Assembly (NCBI RefSeq): GCF_006345805.1
Contig: NC_043012.1
Span: 26,226,001 to 26,290,000 of the forward strand
Reading direction: 5' to 3'
Origin: Octopus sinensis
Lineage: Eukaryota
Length of the DNA: 64,000 bases
Below the pieces are notes generated by a model. It was given only the letters and a program-made list of their open reading frames with translations, searched no databases and was not told the origin of the DNA. The position numbers and the translations under genes are program-made. Positions 26,209 to 39,250 of the stretch are shown one piece after another (the stretch's first letter is position 1; each line of letters begins with the position of its first letter).

Positions 26209-26210
<2 letters not shown>
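25770..26210. mobile_element. MITE-like element with terminal inverted repeats
   Basis: CCAATGGTTTCGTATCCACGAAAGCTAT (25791-25818) is inverted at 26162-26189 with one mismatch; weaker outer matches; no coding capacity. Confidence 0.7.
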
Positions 26211-26287
<77 letters not shown>

Positions 26288-27060
26288 ACGAGAGACAAGA
26301 GGAGAACGAGGAAGAGAGAGAGTGAGAGACAGACAGACAGACAGACAGACAGATAGGCAGAGACAAGAGAGAAGTGGATGGTGAGTCATCGTTGGATCAC
26401 CTATGATCGTGGTGAGCCTAATGGATAAATGGCTGGCCTGGTACAATATGAAAGATCAAATAAATCTTGAACCACCACTATCACAATCACTACTACAGCC
26501 ATCACCAGGAACAGCAGCACCACCGCCACCGGCACTACCACCGTGATCATCACCATCACGATCATCATCATCGTCAACATCTGCACCCTCACCGCTGCCA
26601 TTTACATCACGACCGCCCTTAAATTCCAATGCGATCATTCTCATCATTATCGTCGTCGTCGTCAGCGTCATTATTTTCATGCGTACAAAGACAATAACAA
26701 CACGAGAGCAGCAGCAACAACATCAACAACAACAACAACAATACAAAGCCACACACGCATGACATGGTTTCTGCTTAATTTTTGATAGCTGATCAAAAGC
26801 TTCAGTAACTGCCACCAGGTGTCATACTATTCGTTGAACACAGGAAAAGAGAAGAATGCATTCAACATTTGGACAGCATTTATTCTTCAGCTTGATAATT
26901 CGCTCACATGTGTGTGTGTGTGTGTGTGTGTGTCTGTATGTGTGTGTGTGTTTGTGTGTGTGTGTCTGTGTGTGTGTGTTTGACTATGAATACGAGTATG
27001 AATGTACGTATGTATATATATAATATATATATATATATTTATATATATATATGTACACCT

Positions 27061-27094
<34 letters not shown>

Positions 27095-27347
27095 GTATAT
27101 ATATTGCATATATACATATATATGTATATATATATGTATGAGTGTGTGTATATATATATGCCTATAAATATATACTATATATGTATATACATACATATAT
27201 AATAAATATAATTTAATATTATATATATATATGTATATATATAATATATATAATATATATATAATCTCTGTGTGTATGCGTGTTTGTGCCTATACAGAGA
27301 AATAGCCTGAGACAAAGAAGACAGATTGATAGGTAGGTAGAGATAGA

Positions 27348-27378
<31 letters not shown>

Positions 27379-27690
27379 GCAGACATACAGACAAACAGAC
27401 AGAAAAATAGGCATCATTTTGGAAATATAAGCTTGTTTCCATTATATTCGCCGAGCTCTATGTACCACCTGATACTGTACTAAAATGATTAACTATGTTT
27501 TGTTTTTTTCTTTATTGGTTTGGCTTTTCTTTTTGTGGTTTTCATTTTCTTTTTTCTTGAATTGGTTCTTTATTTTCTCCCCCTGTATTACATCTCCCAC
27601 AGCTTCTCATTCCCGCCACCATCATTGCCACCTTTCATACTGGTTCTAGCTTGTTTTCGTCATTTTCATCTTTACATTTACTATCGCCCA

Positions 27691-27733
<43 letters not shown>

Positions 27734-27981
27734 ATGTTGTAAAGTTGCACAGCGATATACATACATACATACATACATACATACATACATGAATGCATAC
27801 ATAAACACACAGGCATCTACTTATGTGTGTGTGTGTGCGTGCCTGTATGCGTGTGCGTGTATGTATATGTATATATTTACATATACAAATTATATATATT
27901 GTTGTGTGTATTGTATCTATGTGTGTATATGTGTATGAATACATATATATATATATACATATATCTTATACATATATATGC

Positions 27982-28027
<46 letters not shown>

Positions 28028-28971
28028 GTATGTGTATATATATATATGTATATATTTAGGCATATACATATATATATATGTATATATATGTGTGTATATG
28101 TAAGTATATATATGAAGCATGCTTACATATGTATATACGTCACTGTAGATATCAATATCAAACACACTAAAGTGTATTTATTCCACTCCATTCCAACGCT
28201 TTACTCTTGTTCTCTTAATCCAACCTAACAGTAACGGTTATGGTCGTTATATGTTGAATAGGTTTGACATGTCATTAAAAAGGAGGCCGTCTTTAAAACC
28301 AATGCAGGTTTTATAGGGAGAGCAAAATACACAAAGTGAGAGAGAGAGAGAGCGGGAGAGAGGGAGAAAGAGAAAGAAAGCTATTGGAATAGATTTGTAA
28401 ATCCCGTAGCACATAACAGACACCTTTTCCTCGATAAAGTAGCAAGACAAATAATATGAGCCGGAGTAAAGTAATTACGACAATTATGGGTTTTGGTGGG
28501 TGTTATTTTATAGATACTGTTTACTCAGATGCTTGCTGCAAATTGCGCACAAGGTATTTATAAACGCGAAATTTCATTTGAAGGTAGGCTTTAAATTAAT
28601 TTCCTTTAACTTGAAACGAAAAGTGTTGTTGGTCGGATAGTAGGCTGGGTGGTTGGAATGATTTAAGCTTTCGTGTTTCAAGCAGGCTTTCAATTTACCA
28701 TTTGCAGATTATCTATTATCAGTTTAAAGCTGAAACTAAGAGCCTGATGTGTTGTAATGTGTTCTCCTAAGCGTTGCAGCACATAGGTTTTGACAGCCAA
28801 TGCTGCCCACTGGTGTGCCTATTTCAATAAAGGAAGGTAACTCAAAAATAGTGAAATACCCACGAAAAGAAAGTACGTACACATATACACGAACGCACAT
28901 AAAAACAACAACACACTTGTATACACGCATGCAAAGGTATGTAGAAACATACATACATACATACATAATAC

Positions 28972-29014
<43 letters not shown>

Positions 29015-29262
29015 GTATATATATATATATATAATAATATCAAACACACGAAAGTGTATTTATTCCACTTCATTCCATTTTTTCTCTCCTTTTTTCTCTC
29101 TCCGTTTTTCTCTCCTTGTTTTTTTCTGTGTATCTATCTGTCGAAGAGCGTAGGCTCGAACGTAAAAGACTTTTTCTATTTCTATTCATGAGCGCTATAC
29201 TAATACATTTTTTTGTACTCCACCTGCCTTCGTCTTTTGTTTATTTTCGTAAACTTTCCCGT

Positions 29263-29311
<49 letters not shown>

Positions 29312-29845
29312 CTTCATGAATTTGTGTTGCAAGACACCTGATACACATACCCAAAATTTTATGATTATTTTATAATTATAATAGGACACACGAGGTGCCA
29401 TCCTTGCTGTGAAAAGCAGAGTCCAAAAATCCTCTAACAAAACCAACAAGCACAACAGAAATCGGGCTACGAACAAAGGAATGAACTTATCAACTCGGCC
29501 GAAAGCCGTACACTAAGGAAATAGATATCCCTGGATCGAGGAATTTTCGACTCTGATTTTCGCAGCAATGCTGGTACCTCTATAATTATAAAATAATAAT
29601 AATATTTTATATTTGACATTTATTGGCCTTTTGCTTTATGTCCACTTATATTATTGTTATTATTCATTTTACTAATGATAATATTTAATAAAAGTATCTA
29701 TATCAATATTTTCGAATATTTATTCATTTAGTGAGTGTGTTTGTGTATGGAAACCAAGAAGCGCTGAACCAAGAACCAATTTCACGAGCAAGCTGTTCCG
29801 TTGATCGTATCAGCTGGGACCCTCGTCGTCGTAACCGGCGGAGTC

Positions 29846-29875
<30 letters not shown>

Positions 29876-29876
<1 letters not shown>

Positions 29877-30165
29877 CGTGGGAGGTAACAGCTGCTGACC
29901 GCTCTGCCTGGCGTCGGACAGTGAGGAAAGGCGTTTCCATGGCTGAGGAAAGGAGAGCACAGCTGTGGTCGGACAGGCGGGACAGGAGGAGGACAACTGC
30001 AGCAACACCCCACACGTACCCATCGATGTTCGTGTGCAGCAACTGTACCAGGGACTGCCACTCTAGAATTGGACTGTTCAGTCACAGCAGACGCTGCTCA
30101 TCATCAAAGTAGGCCCCACCCTTGGCGCGACCCATTGTCTATCAAGACAGACGGGGGAAAGAGAG
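29876..30165 (+). mobile_element. 3' end of an RTE/BovB-like LINE
   Basis: WEVTAADRSAWR...FVCSNCTRDCHSRIGLFSHSRRC (C2H2-type finger of the RTE C-terminus); short 3' UTR CCATTGTCTATCAAGACAGA. Confidence 0.85.
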
Positions 30166-30211
30166 ATATATATACAGGAACGCATACATACATATATACA
30201 TATATACGTTC

Positions 30212-30267
<56 letters not shown>

Positions 30268-30479
30268 ATAACATGGATAAATTAAGAAATAGAGGTGATA
30301 TTCAAATTATTTATACATCCAACCTAAGATTCGAAGGCAGCATTGAGATTATTCCGGAGGAAATAAAAATGATGCAAACCAATGCAATCATCTCATCAGA
30401 AAAAAAAACAGACCACATCAAAAAGCCATTTTATCCGAATGTGATTACCACGTACGTAAGTATATGATGTAAGGAAAAT

Positions 30480-31163
30480 GCTAGCAAGTTATATTTAATA
30501 AAACCGTTAATAGATTTAACGTCAAAGGTAAATTAGAGAAAGAGAAGGAGTACAAAGGGGGAAATTAACAAAAAATTAGGGGTAGAAAATATAATGTGAT
30601 ATATGAATGGTAATAATGCTTAAAAGCGTGGAAATAGATATATGTAGTGGAAATGAAACGTAAGAAAACGGTCAAAGGTGGAATTTTATAGATTGGTAGG
30701 AATTATAAGAACTACAGGTATGTTTTTGCCCATGTTTACAACGATAAACGCGTTCCTTCGAGAAAAGGTTGAAAAATAGCTCCTCGTCACAGAGCGTACA
30801 AAAAGATTTACCTTTGTCATACAGGAAGCATCTAGATAGAATTTTCCATTCCAAAACGTAATGTTTATTAAGTTCCTTTAGAGACCAAATTAAATTACTA
30901 AGCCCAGTATTTTTGCGTTTATTGATATTTCTAAATGTAGAATAATGGATAGGTATCCTTTTCGACAACTGAGACGAAGAGCTACCTATATAGAAAAAGA
31001 CATGAGAACGAGAAGTAATTTTACATTGATAAACAAAGTTTCTAGTCTTAGAATTACGGCTAAGGAAACGAATTCGATTCGAATTTATATCAGAAATATT
31101 AATATTGTTGTTATTATTGTTCAAAGAATGCTTCGCGTTAATAATATCACTTATTATTTTCAT
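30480..31163 (-). mobile_element. Penelope-like element, GIY-YIG endonuclease plus 3' region
   Basis: FVYQCKI...FYIGSSS..LSKRI..H..TF...TGLSNLIWSLKE...LEWKILSR...CTLCDEE. Confidence 0.85.
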
Positions 31164-31523
31164 TAAGTGGAATTGTATTTAATAACTTACAGTTTTCTAA
31201 ATCGGTAGATAGACGAACTATTAGACATTTTGCTGAGATGTTTTGTCATATCTATCATATTCTGCGTCTGACTGTAACGCCTATGACTTCACTAGATTCA
31301 AGCTGTCTTCACTCAAGTTGGCATTTCTTCTCTTGAAGAGACATCGATGGTTTCGAGAGGGGTGACCAGCATGCATGAGCAACTGCTGGTCTGCTTCAAA
31401 TCAACCTACCTCGCATGGTATACACAGATCGACAGAGGTCCTACGTAATACTACACTAGTATAGTATGTTATTGTGTTTTCACAATAACATACTATAGTT
31501 CTTAAATTTCACAGAAAACGGGA

Positions 31524-31612
31524 GGCTGATTCGCTGGTGTAAAGGTTAACACACTTAGTCGCGTAAAGAAAGAAATGTGGGTTCGACTCCCAGGCGGATA
31601 AGAAAGCCTTTT
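31524..31612 (+). ncRNA. Pol III small RNA gene, vault-RNA-like or tRNA-like (copy 1)
   Basis: A box TGGTGTAAAGG (31535-31545), B box GGTTCGACTCC (31580-31590), 5' GGCT and ATTCGC pair with 3' AGCC and GCGGAT, TTTT terminator; no anticodon arm. Confidence 0.65.
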
Positions 31613-32018
31613 GGAAAACACATAAACACTAAGATATGGCTGACATCAAGGGAAAGACGTAAACATGAAATTTTAATTATGAATCATTATATGTCGTAAA
31701 TATACAAGCCATTACTAACAGTAATATGTCAGTATATTTTTCATTTCCTTAATACGCTCTTTTTAAACTTAGTGGCAGGTGCGCGTTTTTAACATGCCAT
31801 GTTAAAACTTTGACATTAATGGCTTTGCACTGGGGTAACTGCTTCAGTTGCAACTCTCGAAATTCAAGCCACTTACCGGGAATTAAGTAACGTATATATA
31901 TATATATAGTACTTAATGGCTAGTCATATATAATAGCTTTTTTAAATAGGCTTAAAGCGATTACCTTACAGTGACTAAGGAAAGTAGTCTTATAAAGCGG
32001 AATATAATCCCTCGACAC

Positions 32019-32106
32019 AAAAAGTAGGCTTTCCTATCTGCGTGGGAGTCGAACCCACATCTCATTGTTAAGGCAACTGTGTTACATTTACACCAGCGAG
32101 TCTGCC
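32019..32106 (-). ncRNA. Pol III small RNA gene, vault-RNA-like or tRNA-like (copy 2, inverted)
   Basis: GGCAGACTCGCTGGTGTAAATGTAACAC-variable-GTGGGTTCGACTCCCACGCAGATAGGAAAGCCTACTTTTT; shares a ~30-bp upstream flank with copy 1. Confidence 0.65.
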
Positions 32107-32230
32107 CCCGTCTTCCTGTCAAATTTAAGAACTATAATAGTTCGTGTTTTTTTTTATATGTAAACCTTCTATATGCTTTCGGTGCGAATGTTTTTTTTTT
32201 TTTTATACGGCGCCGTTTTTACAATCCTTC

Positions 32231-32300
32231 AACACACTTAGTGGCGTTAACAAAGGGATGTGGGTTCGACTCCACGAGGATAGGAAAGCCTTCCTTTTTT
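32231..32300 (+). pseudogene. 5'-truncated third copy of the vault-like RNA gene
   Basis: AACACACTTAGTGGCG...GTGGGTTCGACTCC-ACGAGGATAGGAAAGCCTTCCTTTTTT; lacks the A box and 5' stem. Confidence 0.65.
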
Positions 32301-33234
32301 ATCGAGGGTTTTTTCTACACCTGGGTGTACTGGAGCAACGTAAATAAAGTGTCTTGCTGAAGAACACAACACACAGGCCGGTCCGGGCTTCGAGCTCACA
32401 AATTCGTTATTGTGAGCCCGACGCTCTAAACACTAAGCCATGTGCCTTCACACACACACACACATATACATATATATACATGTATGTGTTACAGTGACTA
32501 TTATCAAGTATTGATTCCAGTAATTAAATTATTTCTAATAGAATGAATAACTACGGTTTTATGTTTAATTTTAATTTATAGGATTCAAATTTTGGCACAA
32601 GGCCAACAATTTTGGGTAAGTAATTAGGCCAATTATATCGACCTCATTCCTCAACTGAAAATTATTTTATCGATCTCGAAAAAATAAAAGGCAAATTCGA
32701 CCCCGGCAGAATTTGAACTCAGAACCTCAAATCAAGCGAAATTACCGCTATGCAATTGTGCCCGGTGTGTTAACAATTTTTCCACGTTAGATTTAATCCT
32801 ATTTTATTGAGAATGTAATTAACACCGCCAACAATTTCTTTTCCGACACAAAATATGATATTTTGACCATTTCGTACAAAGGGATGAAAACTGACCTAAC
32901 CTAACACTGGATTTGGAATGTAAAGGTTGCAAGAGGGCCAGATGGGAGTAACGTTAGCACGCCCAGCGAAATGCTTAGCCGTAGTTCGTCTGTGTTTACG
33001 ATCAAATTTCGGTGAGGTCGATTTTGCCTTTCATCTTTTTCGAATAATTTATATATCAGTTATGTACTGAGGTCGATCTAATCGACTGTCCCTCTCCCCA
33101 AAAATTTCGGACCTTGTTCCTAATGTAGAAAAGATTGTAAAGGTTGGCAGTTAAATACGTTGAGGTTTCTTTTTTTTTTTTCTGAAGTCGAAAGATGTTA
33201 CCATATTACCGCCTTTGTATGTGTTGCTTTTTAA

Positions 33235-33401
33235 TGATGCGGCTGTATGGTAAGTAGCTTGCTTACCAACCAGTTGGTTCCGGGTTCAGTCCCACTAGAT
33301 GGCATCTTGGGCAAGTGTCTTCTGCTGTGGCCTCGGCGGACCAATCCTTGTGAGTGGATTGGTAGACGGAAACTGAAAGAAGCCCGTCGTATATCTGAAC
33401 G

Positions 33402-33485
<84 letters not shown>

Positions 33486-33725
33486 TATATATATATACGT
33501 ACATATGTTTGTGTGTCCGTATTTGTCCCCCGCAACATCGCTTGACAACCGATGCTGATGTGTTTACGTCCCCGTAACCTAGCGGTTCGGCAAAAGAGAC
33601 CGATAGAATGAGTACTAAGCTTGCAAAGAATAAGTCCTTGGGTCGATTTGCTCGACTAAAAGGCGGTGCTCCAGCATGGCCGCAGTCAAATGGCTGAAAC
33701 AAGTAAAAAAGTAAAAGAGTAAGAG
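33235..33725 (+). mobile_element. Near full-length SINE family B
   Basis: Same head, internal (TA)n and CR1-type tail as 9005-9390. Further copies at 44417-44850 (+), 57300-57440 (-), 58180-58320 (-) and 58790-59270 (-). Confidence 0.88.
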
Positions 33726-33937
33726 TATTACTATACACTTTTTTGTTTTCTAGTCTCCTATCAAGAGAAAAACACAAATGTCAAGATTCATCTCTACGAA
33801 ATTTACTTACTCTGTCAGTTCGAGGCTATACCAGAAGAATACTGGCCGAAGGCGCCACACACTGGGACTGAACGCGGGACCAAGTCGTTAAGATGCATGA
33901 TATTCTACACAGAGCTACGTATATGTAAATGAAGATT

Positions 33938-34250
33938 CGTGGCTTAGTGGTTAGGGCATTCGGCTCACTATCTTAAGGTCGTGAGTTCAATTCCCGGCGA
34001 CGCGTTGTGTCCTTGAGCAAGACACTTCATTTCATGTTGTTCCTGTTCGCTCAGCTGGCAAAAATGAGTAGTACCTCTATTTCAAAGGGCCAGCCTTGTC
34101 ACACTCCGTGTCACGCTGAATCTCCTTGAGAACGGCGTTAAGAGTAGATGCGTCTGTGGAGTGCTCAGCCACTTGCACGTTAATTTCAAGAGCAAAATGT
34201 TCCGTTGATCGTATCAGCTGGGACCCTCGTCGTAGTAACCGACGGAGTAC
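33938..34250 (+). mobile_element. Full-length SINE family C
   Basis: GTGGCTTAGTGGTTAGGGCATTCGGCTC head, GTCCTTGAGCAAGACACTT core, tail TTCCGTTGATCGTATCAGCTGGGACCCTCGTCGT. Matches 39540-39860 (-) and 29780-29850 (+). Confidence 0.88.
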
Positions 34251-34599
34251 TCCTACGTATATGAAGAAGTGATGGTTTATACGAACTTAAACAAACCATA
34301 ATTATACGAGAACTACTTATCCTAATTTCCAGTTATTACTAATCAGTTAAAGATACATATTTTAGTCAAACCTATAATTTTATTATATAAAGAGTAATGA
34401 ACACAATTGTATAATATATTTCATAGCAAATCATTGAGCTGTATTATATTTTTACTACCCAATCAATGAGTTATATAGTAGCCAATCATTCAAATTTATT
34501 ATGTAACTACAAGACATTCATTATGCTTTGTTATGTAACTAATTGCAATGGACGTTAATAAAATTGCCATGGACGTTGATATTATTAAATAGATTACAA

Positions 34600-34880
34600 G
34601 CATTTGAGATGAGCGCATATAGAAAACTTCCGAGAATACCGCGGATAGAGAACATAAAGCGATGATGAGGCACTAATAATGGCTAAAATTAAGAAAATTT
34701 TTATTAGACACCATCAAAGAGGGAGAAAAACTATTTTGGGCACTTAATTAAAATATGGATTACAGAGATTATTAATAGAAGGCAAAATAATGAGAAAAGG
34801 GGGTGGATAATAATTATGCGGATGGATAATATAAAGAATTGGACAACTCTTAAAAATACAGTGAATGTATAAGGACAGCA
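34600..34880 (+). mobile_element. Highly decayed RTE-like LINE fragment
   Basis: FEMSAYRK..RI...; YFGHLI; LQRLLIEGKI, resembling the RTE post-RT region. Confidence 0.6.
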
Positions 34881-35196
34881 CGAGAAAGCTAAAGATGGTG
34901 ATCCATGGTTTTGAATCTGTTGAAAGTAGAGGAAACCTGATGACGATTGTCAAACACGGACTGTCATTTTGACGTTCGTTGGTATTTAGTATTCTGTCCA
35001 ACCAATGAGTAATATAATAAAAAAACTATCAGTACCATAACTCTGTAATACCTAAATGTGACTCAAAAGCCATGTCTATTCATTCCTTATATTGCTTGTT
35101 AACAACAATTTTTGGCACACGGAAGGTAATTTTGAGGGGAGCTGGATTAATCGGTAGCATCAACTCAATTCGGAGAATGGGACTTTTTTTTTTATT

Positions 35197-35505
35197 GTGG
35201 AGGCATATGGCCTAGTGGTTAGATCAGCGGACTCGCGGTCGAGGGATCACGAGTTCGAATCCCAGCCCGGGCGATGTGTGTGTTTATGAGCGAAACACCT
35301 ACGCTCCACGCGGCTCCGGCAGAAGGTAATGGCAAACCTCTGCTGACTTTTTGCCACAACTTTCTCTCGCACTTTCCTCCTGCATCTTGCAGCTCACCTG
35401 CGACGGACCGGCGTCCTGTCCAGTGAGGGGAACCTATACGGCAAGGAAACCGAGAAACCGGCCCTATGAGCCAGACGTGGCTTGAGAAGGAACAAATAAC
35501 AACAA
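35197..35505 (+). mobile_element. tRNA-derived SINE (family D) ending in AAC repeats
   Basis: GGCCTAGTGGTTAGA A box, GTTCGAATCCC B box; tail GGAAACCGAGAAACCGGCCCTATGAGCC shared with 37085-37330 and 60065-60290. Confidence 0.8.
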
Positions 35506-36161
35506 CTTTTTTTAATACCACCGAAGGAATGAAAGGCACTGTTGATGTCTCTGCTGTTTAAATTCAAAATATGAATTGGCAAAAGAAATATCGCAAATCA
35601 TGTTTTCGAACACCTTAGCGATCCTGTTGGCTCACCTTCTTAGTAAGAAAGGGTTCAAATTTTGACACAAGGCTATCAATTACAGGAAAGACAGTGAGCC
35701 CATTGCTCAACGGGGAATTATTTTCTCGACACCAAAACAATGCAAGACAAAGACGAGCTCGGCGGATTTTGAACACAGCATGTAAAAGACGACGAATTGC
35801 CGATAAGTATTTTGCCCAACGTGCTTAAGATTTTAGAAGCTTGCCGCCTTAATAATCTTTTCTGTTATGGAAACAAGGACAGAAATTTTTGGGAAGGTTT
35901 GGGGTGAGGGCTAGTCGATTACGTCGACCCGAATACCTGAATGGTGCCTGTTTCATCGTCCTCGAAACAAGGAAAAGTTCAATCGACCTCAAAGGAATTT
36001 GAACACGAAATTTAAAGACGGACGAAATGTCACTAAGGATTTTGTCCGGCATGCTAACGATTTTGCTAGTTCGCCGTCTTAATAATAATAATAATATAAT
36101 AATATATAATAATAATAATATAATAATAATAATAATAGTATATAATATAATGATATTAATA

Positions 36162-36196
<35 letters not shown>

Positions 36197-36789
36197 GATA
36201 TAATAATAATTAAGAAGAGAAGAAGAAGAAGAAAAGAAGAGAAGAAGAAGAAAAAGAAGGAGAAGAAGAAGAAGAAGAAGAAGAAGAAGAAGAAGAAGAA
36301 GAAGAAGAAGGTGCCAAGTTTTAGCTTTCAAATTGTATTTTGTGCGGGTCAAGAATTTCCGTTCCAATTAGAATTGTGCTTTTAGATATCTCTTTTATCT
36401 TGTATGGTATGTTCATCATCAGGTGCCGTTTAAATGTATCTGTCTATCGACATATTTGGCTGTTCCCGGCAGTTCATATTCAATGTCACATGACAAATCT
36501 ATTCGCAGAAGAAATTCGTTCGTTTCTTTAATTTTTCACTGCTTTTCGTAGACTGGACTGGAGCAACATGAAAAAGGTCATTCTGCAGTCGGTCAGTTAC
36601 TACAATATAAGATCACAACATATTTCTGTAACCTTATGTAAGATTCAGATATATCTTTGTATTTGAAAATAACTTTGGCGTATCTATTCTTTCTCTGCGT
36701 ACAAATTTCCGTGAATTCAAATAATTATAAGTTGCATGAATATCTATTGAGAACCTCTTGATAAGCAATGTCCTCCCAGAGACTATTAA

Positions 36790-37830
36790 TTACAAGGTGG
36801 ATTCCTTACGTTTCCAGACGTTTTCAGGAGAGGCATTAATCTCAAAGAAACATAAAACTCTAATCGCCGACCAAGAAAGATCCTGTTACTTCAATGCGGT
36901 TGTTGTAACGCTTGCAGCCGCATAAAATTCCTATTGGAATTCTTCCAAAGTTTAGCTGTCCTGGACCCAATTCTCAGTCTCCAGCATCCTGAAAACGACA
37001 GCCCACGAGATTCTCGTTCATCCTGGGAAATAACAAAAAGTCAAGAGGGGCAAGATCCGGACTATAGAGTGGGTGAGAGACACTTTGGATGCTCATCTCT
37101 GTCAGGTAGCTTAGTGGTTCGGGTGTTGGACTTATGATCGTAAGACTGTGGTTTCGATTCTTGGACAGGGTGACGCGTTGTGTTCTTGAGCGAAACACTT
37201 TATATCATGTTGCTCCAGTCCTGTCTTCTAGCAAAGATGTGTAATCCTGCAACAGACCGGTATCCGGTCCAGGTGAGGTAATATAAACGCCATGGACCGA
37301 AGGACCGACCGGCCCTTATGATCCGGTCTGACTAAAGAGGTCAACATTACCCTATTTTACCTTTACTTTACCTATACAATCTCTGTCATGAAGTTGATTA
37401 CGAGGATGTTCGTCACTAAGTAACCTGGGAACAAACCTTTCACGAATTTTACGCATAATTAGATCTTAATTTTGTGTATATTTGCTGCACTAAATCCACA
37501 ATGTATGTTTATTGTCTCTATAGACACATAATGGTCTGAATCCGGAAAATTGCTTATTTTCTCAACCAGGTCTTACCTTCTCACGTAACCCTCCCGCCGT
37601 TACCTCTCGTTGTCTCCTGTCTCACTGCCATCTTTGATCCTCTTGTGCCAGTGAAAGAGGCAATCCGTAACCTTCTGAAGAATTTCACAAGTCTCTGTAG
37701 AGTTTTGTCAAGTTTAACACAATCCTTTATTGCATCACGAGCTTCTAAACCTCCCTTACACTAGGACCAACATATTAGCTCTGACAGACTGTGTTTACAA
37801 GAATATATTGAAAGTAGTTACAGCCGTCTG
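36790..37830 (-). mobile_element. Internally deleted mariner element interrupted by a SINE (37085-37330)
   Basis: N-terminal IKDCVKLDK/TCEILQKV..FHWHKRIKDG at ~37570-37740; catalytic HPLYSPDLAPLDFLLFP at ~36980-37070. Confidence 0.8.
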
Positions 37831-38054
37831 TCGTAATCTCGAATAACAAATGATGACAGGTCAGCTTATTAGACGTATAGTATGATATATTAAACTATAG
37901 CAATGTAGGATAGTTTTAACTGCATCTCCTAAATACAAAAGGTTTACCACCTTCTGGAATGCACTTCGTATGATGTACTCTGAGACGTATATAGGCCTCT
38001 TATCGGCAAGTATATATATATGTATATATAGATGATTATATGTATATATAGATG

Positions 38055-38285
38055 AAGGTGGCGAGCTGGCAGAAACGTTAGCACGCTGGGCGAAATGCTT
38101 ATAGGTATTTCGCTTGTCTTTACGTTCTGAGTTCAAATTCCGCCGAGGTCAACTTTGGCTTTCATCCTTTCGGGGTCGATAAATAAAGCGCCAGTTTCGC
38201 ACTGGGTCGATGTAATCGACTTAATCCCTTTGTCTGTCCTTGTTTGTCCCCTCTATGTTTAGCTCCTTGTGGGTAGTAAAGAAAT
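38055..38285 (+). mobile_element. Well-preserved SINE family A copy
   Basis: Closely matches 1050-1300 and 59800-60045 (-). Confidence 0.9.
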
Positions 38286-38608
38286 ATGTATAGATGATTA
38301 GCTGCAAATGGCGTTTGTAAGTAATAAAATAGATAGAGAGAAGAGAGGGAGACAGAGAGAGAGATAAAGAAGGACATAATAAAAGAAAGAAAAGCAAAAG
38401 AAAGAATGAGCGAGAGAAAAAGGATAAAACTTGTTAACCATGAGTCATGGATACAGGAGACCAGATATCGAGGAGTGCACATCTATATAGTTATATATTC
38501 CTGTAGGTAAAGTAGATATTTTTTTGCAAGATTAAAATATTAGCGAAAAATACCACCTTCACTAATTCAATAGCTAGTGAATGAGCGATAGCAAAAACAT
38601 CCATACAT

Positions 38609-38672
<64 letters not shown>

Positions 38673-38703
38673 AATATATGTATGTATATATTATATGTAT
38701 GTA

Positions 38704-38751
<48 letters not shown>

Positions 38752-39156
38752 TATATATATATAATATAATTAAATAAGGGTAGAAATAAGGTGAAGGCAT
38801 TTGAAGGATACACATAAATATAATTTGTGGAACATTATACAATGCCTGGATTTCGTTCGAGGCGCCCTGTATCTACTTCTAGAAATTGTGTTTCGTAAAC
38901 GACAGTCTATGCTGATGATCTTGCAGATGTTTATGTATTCATATACGTAAATTATTAACAAGTGAAAATAATTAGTACATAGGTAATCGTTTTTTTTATT
39001 TCGTATATTTTCAGTTGTCTTGCTTATTTTTACGCTTTGGTTTTTGCTGAATTTTTTCTTGAGAACACATTCTCTGTGGAAAATGGCGATTTTGACGTCT
39101 ATATCTAGCATACAGGCTGTCCACTTTTAGTGGTCAATCCTCTAAATTTTGTATGT

Positions 39157-39211
<55 letters not shown>

Positions 39212-39250
39212 ATATATATATTGATAATAGATTAGATCGTATACAGTGGG

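Noticed and set aside
29135-29170. Hammerhead-ribozyme-like motifs (also ~20388-20420)
   Set aside because: The core nucleotides or stem I cannot be completed from the sequence.
31524-31612. Canonical tRNA gene
   Set aside because: No pairable anticodon stem, a mismatched first acceptor pair, and extra paired terminal extensions.
37570-37760. Apparent minus-strand exon (CKGGLEARDAIKD...)
   Set aside because: A shifted frame matches the mariner N-terminal HTH, so it is TE-derived.
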